From assembly GCF_000143415.4 (NCBI RefSeq), contig NW_003314275.1, forward strand, positions 625,955 to 689,954: a stretch of DNA of 64,000 nucleotides, in the 5' to 3' direction. The notes under the pieces were generated by a model. It ran no database searches and was not told the origin of the DNA. It saw nothing but the letters and a program-made list of their open reading frames with translations. The stretch is from Selaginella moellendorffii. Taxonomy: Eukaryota > Plantae > Lycopodiophyta. A program made the translations under genes and the position numbers. Each line of letters starts with the position of its first letter. The first letter of the stretch is position 1. Shown piece by piece: positions 60,560 to 64,000 of the stretch.

Positions 60560-62349
60560 TTTAAAAATAAAAATAATAAATTGCTATGCATCACATGTAG
60601 TGTTATTCTTACTTATTAATCTAATTGATCAAATAAAGTTTATAATTATAAGCATGTTTATAATTTGTGAACACAAGATTAATCTTATTGCATATCAACC
60701 ATTAGATGATAGAATAAAAAAGAATATACTAGAAAGGGTCTAAGAAAATTTATAAATTATAAACATGTTTATAAATTATAAATACAAATTAATCTCAATG
60801 AATAACAACTGTTAGATGGTAGAATATCCTAGAATATTCAAATATATTCTAAATATATTCACTACCATCCAAGCAAACCAAAAATACAAGAAGAGTATTT
60901 TTTAGTTCTCATGGAAAATCATCATACTCCCTTTACTAAATTTGCTATTTGTTAATCACGCATAAGCTTGGAACCGTAACTTCTTACGGAAGTACATGAC
61001 TACCCAGGGTGGTGGTACAAATCTAACTCATCACAACTGACCCTATGTGTCACCAGCCTAACAACTCAACCTGGAAAATGTGGAAACATTAGCCAGGGCT
61101 TCATTAGGCCCCTACAGCTCTAGAAGAGCCACTAAAGGCACAGGCACAACCTCGGGATACAGCATCCTGGAATCGCTAATGTCTTAGCTATTGTGACTTT
61201 GTGAGGTCCGACCTGTGTTTTAAAGTGTTTACTGGCGGTTAACAGTGATAGCAGTGTGTTTAGAGCTTGTGTCCCGTGTTTCAGAGTGAAGGAGAGTGGC
61301 TTGAGGCTTGCAACATCCCATGCAAGTGCCTTGAGCTATGTCGCTGTGTGTGAGAGCTGCTGGTGTTGTTTTTCTGGCGTGTGGGGAATCCCTTTGCACG
61401 GCATCTGATGCACTTCAGTGCCTCGACGTGGGGTTTCTCATGGTTTTTGCCACCGGCTGGGGAAATCCAGTGGCCCCAAGAGTTCTATGAGTGTCAGAGC
61501 GAGAGTTTGACCCTAACATCACTTCTTTTCCCAACTGTGAGGCTTTTGCAATAATCCCTCACCATATACCTAAACCTACCAGGTTTTTTCGATAGACGAC
61601 TCAACGCAAGTTTTATAACTAGCAAGTCCTACCATGATAAGGACCACTTGCCATTATCAATCGTGTGCGAAAGAATCAAAACCTTTAAGTGTGACTTTAT
61701 GTCCAATCTTGGCGTCGAGAACTATTGCTTTGAATGTTCTTCAGAGATCTCCGAGAGCTTTTCAAAGTCACGAAACTCTGGTCAACTTCTTCTGAAAGCA
61801 TTTTCCTTCTCTATCGCAGCGATATTTTGCGCCTGGAAACGTTGGTGTTGGTCGTTCACAAGAGAAAAACTAAATCGATCGAAAATCGCTCGGCAGCCAA
61901 ACAGCGGCCTCATGGACGAAGCTTGAGGAATTAGCACAGCTACCATGTTGAAACGTTGATAATAGCAGTCTTATATAAAACACAAGAAAACGAACACAAT
62001 CTTTGAAAAAAGAAACACACAGCTAATTCTTCCACATGCCGATTGCGTGAGTTTTGGCTAAAGGCCTTGATACTCTTTTGTCCTAGAGAACTATCACTCT
62101 CGAAAAACAAAGAAAAACAAAGGGACAGCAAAAGAAAAGCCGTGTGATCTGCCTATCGTCAAATCATTCGAGAACCTTACCTGCATTTCATCGGCTGTTT
62201 CTCGCTTCGTGGAATCAAGACAAACCAAGGAAGTTGAGTTTCGCAGAAAACAAAGAACAATGGTCCTTATTTTTATCCGATGATGATGCCTTTTTCGGTG
62301 CAGGGTAGTCTAAAAACCAAAGGAGGTTTGTAAGTAACAGCAGCAGGCA

Positions 62350-63381
62350 ATGTTTCCAGCGGATGTAGAGGATAGGATTCTAGTGTTCTTGCATGTAAAA
62401 GCTCTGCTGCGTGCAAGATCTGTGTGCCACAGGTGGAAAGTAGTGATTGACAGTAAGGAATTTGCGAAAGCCAAGGTAGAGACGTCCAGACAGCATCCAC
62501 TCGTCCTTGAATGCACACAACATGTACAACGCCACTGCTTGTCCTTAAGGATCTACAATCCTTTCACTGGCGATGATGCAACTGTTTTGCCACTGCCAGA
62601 TCCAGATTTTCTCCCCAACTGGGAGCCCGTTGCCTCTGCCGGTGGCCTGCTTTGTTTCTCCGACCGCTTTCTTTCTGGTGCACAAGAAGGGAAGTTTGGA
62701 GTGTGGAATCCCCTCAAGCGTAACTCATTTGTCGAGCTGCCAGGTATATCGCCCATCAGATTCAAAGCAAACATGAAAGTCTCAGCTGACGACCTCTCCT
62801 ACACGATCTACTCCCCAACAGGGGGGGGCATTGACGTGTTCGACTCGTTGACCTGGTCGTGGCGGCGCCACCAGGAGTACTCGCCGCCAGATGGCTGGGC
62901 CTTGTGGATGAGGTCAGCGCCATACACATGGCTACTGGAGGGCAGCACTGCATACTTCGTCGGCGTGAAGGGTCAACAATTTGGCGTGATAGGCTGTGAG
63001 CTGGGATCAAATCGGTGTTGGATCGAGCATGAATGGAACATTGCTCCTGACAACATGGAGTTACTTCAGGCTATTGTACGGCATGACAATGGTGATATGA
63101 TCGTCTTTATTTCGGAGACAGGGTTTGTTTCAAGGCCCGGTAGTTTGGAGAGGGTGCACAATTTCGTTTGTCCTCAAGGATCGTTTCGAGGGGAATTAAT
63201 AACCGTCTTTACTGGGATACAACACAAGTCCCTCTACTTGTGTACAGGTTATTCCAGCTTTAGGAACCTAACATTTGATTACAGAAACAAAGAGTGGATA
63301 GAATCGATCAGACAAGTCAGGGAATTAGAATCGCATCCCAAGAGACGCTTTGTTTTACCTTATGTAGCCACTTTAATTTGA
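62350..63381 (+). CDS. F-box protein, intronless
   Basis: FPADVEDRILVFLHVKALLRARSVCHRWK.VI.S.EF F-box; VASAGGLLCF and VWNPL....ELP typical of plant F-box-associated regions. Confidence 0.9.
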   Translation: MFPADVEDRILVFLHVKALLRARSVCHRWKVVIDSKEFAKAKVETSRQHPLVLECTQHVQRHCLSLRIYNPFTGDDATVLPLPDPDFLPNWEPVASAGGLLCFSDRFLSGAQEGKFGVWNPLKRNSFVELPGISPIRFKANMKVSADDLSYTIYSPTGGGIDVFDSLTWSWRRHQEYSPPDGWALWMRSAPYTWLLEGSTAYFVGVKGQQFGVIGCELGSNRCWIEHEWNIAPDNMELLQAIVRHDNGDMIVFISETGFVSRPGSLERVHNFVCPQGSFRGELITVFTGIQHKSLYLCTGYSSFRNLTFDYRNKEWIESIRQVRELESHPKRRFVLPYVATLI

Positions 63382-63714
63382 TTTTTGTTTACTTTATGAC
63401 TACATTTGTGATTGGCAATGTGAGACAGGGAGAAACTGAACAAACATCAACAAAGCTGTTCAAGATCTTTCACATCACATTTGATAATGGATGTTGCCAG
63501 AATCATTACAGAGTTGGATCGCTCTGCGTAGTAGCCGATACGGAAAGAAACAAGCATTTAACCCTGGTATGATGAACAAGCAAGGGTACAGACTTTTCCC
63601 GCCCGGACCTCACACCGCCTCCAAATTCCAATGGATAATTTCCCTCATCGACGGACGCCAGCCCCCATTCCAATCCGGCTAAATCCAGCTTGGGTTTGGT
63701 CCTTCCCTTGCCGC

Positions 63715-64000
63715 CCAGCGTTCTTTGGCACCCCAGGTATGGCTTCTTGCCTCGATTCGGTCCAATGTAGGGTACATTTCGATCTAATCTACTCGCAATC
63801 TACTAGCTCGATCGAGCGGAGTTTTTCCATCTTTCCTCGCCGCCAAGCGTTCTTCGATACTCCAGGTATGATTTCTTGCCTCGATCCGGTCCAATGTAGG
63901 CTACATTTCGATCTAATATCGCAATTTACTAGCTCCATCGATCGAAGCGAGGGTTTGCCAGTTCTTTCCTTGCCGTCAAGCGTATCCTGGTATGGTTTCT
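63715..64000 (+). repeat. About 130-bp tandem repeat, 2+ copies, running off the window
   Basis: ccaggtatg-tt-cttgcctcgat-cggtccaatgtagg-tacatttcgatctaat repeated. Confidence 0.8.

Overview
Eukaryotic land-plant nuclear DNA. The very short GT-AG introns (about 45-80 nt), tight gene packing and S-motif-rich PLS-PPR genes suggest a lycophyte such as Selaginella; this is an inference. Two gene-dense GC-rich arms flank an AT-rich repeat island at about 16.7-36 kb. The left arm holds an FCP1/CPL-type CTD phosphatase, STK19, an ABCG half-transporter, NAT9, an S-domain receptor pseudokinase and an ATL RING-H2 ligase. The right arm holds a split, inverted RD19-like protease pseudogene, NPH3, an OTU deubiquitinase, two PPR genes, GH3, COP1, a PHD-finger relic and an F-box gene. 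The island carries the two most notable features. The first is three copies of an intronless gene for a secreted peptide made of only a kissper-like six-cysteine domain and a Pro/acidic tail, with no kiwellin barrel domain. The second is a complete Cassandra-type TRIM with 5S rRNA-derived sequence in both LTRs, nested inside a solo LTR that itself sits in an older LTR of the same family; both target-site duplications are visible. Exon boundaries were read by eye and are approximate. There are two 100-N assembly gaps.
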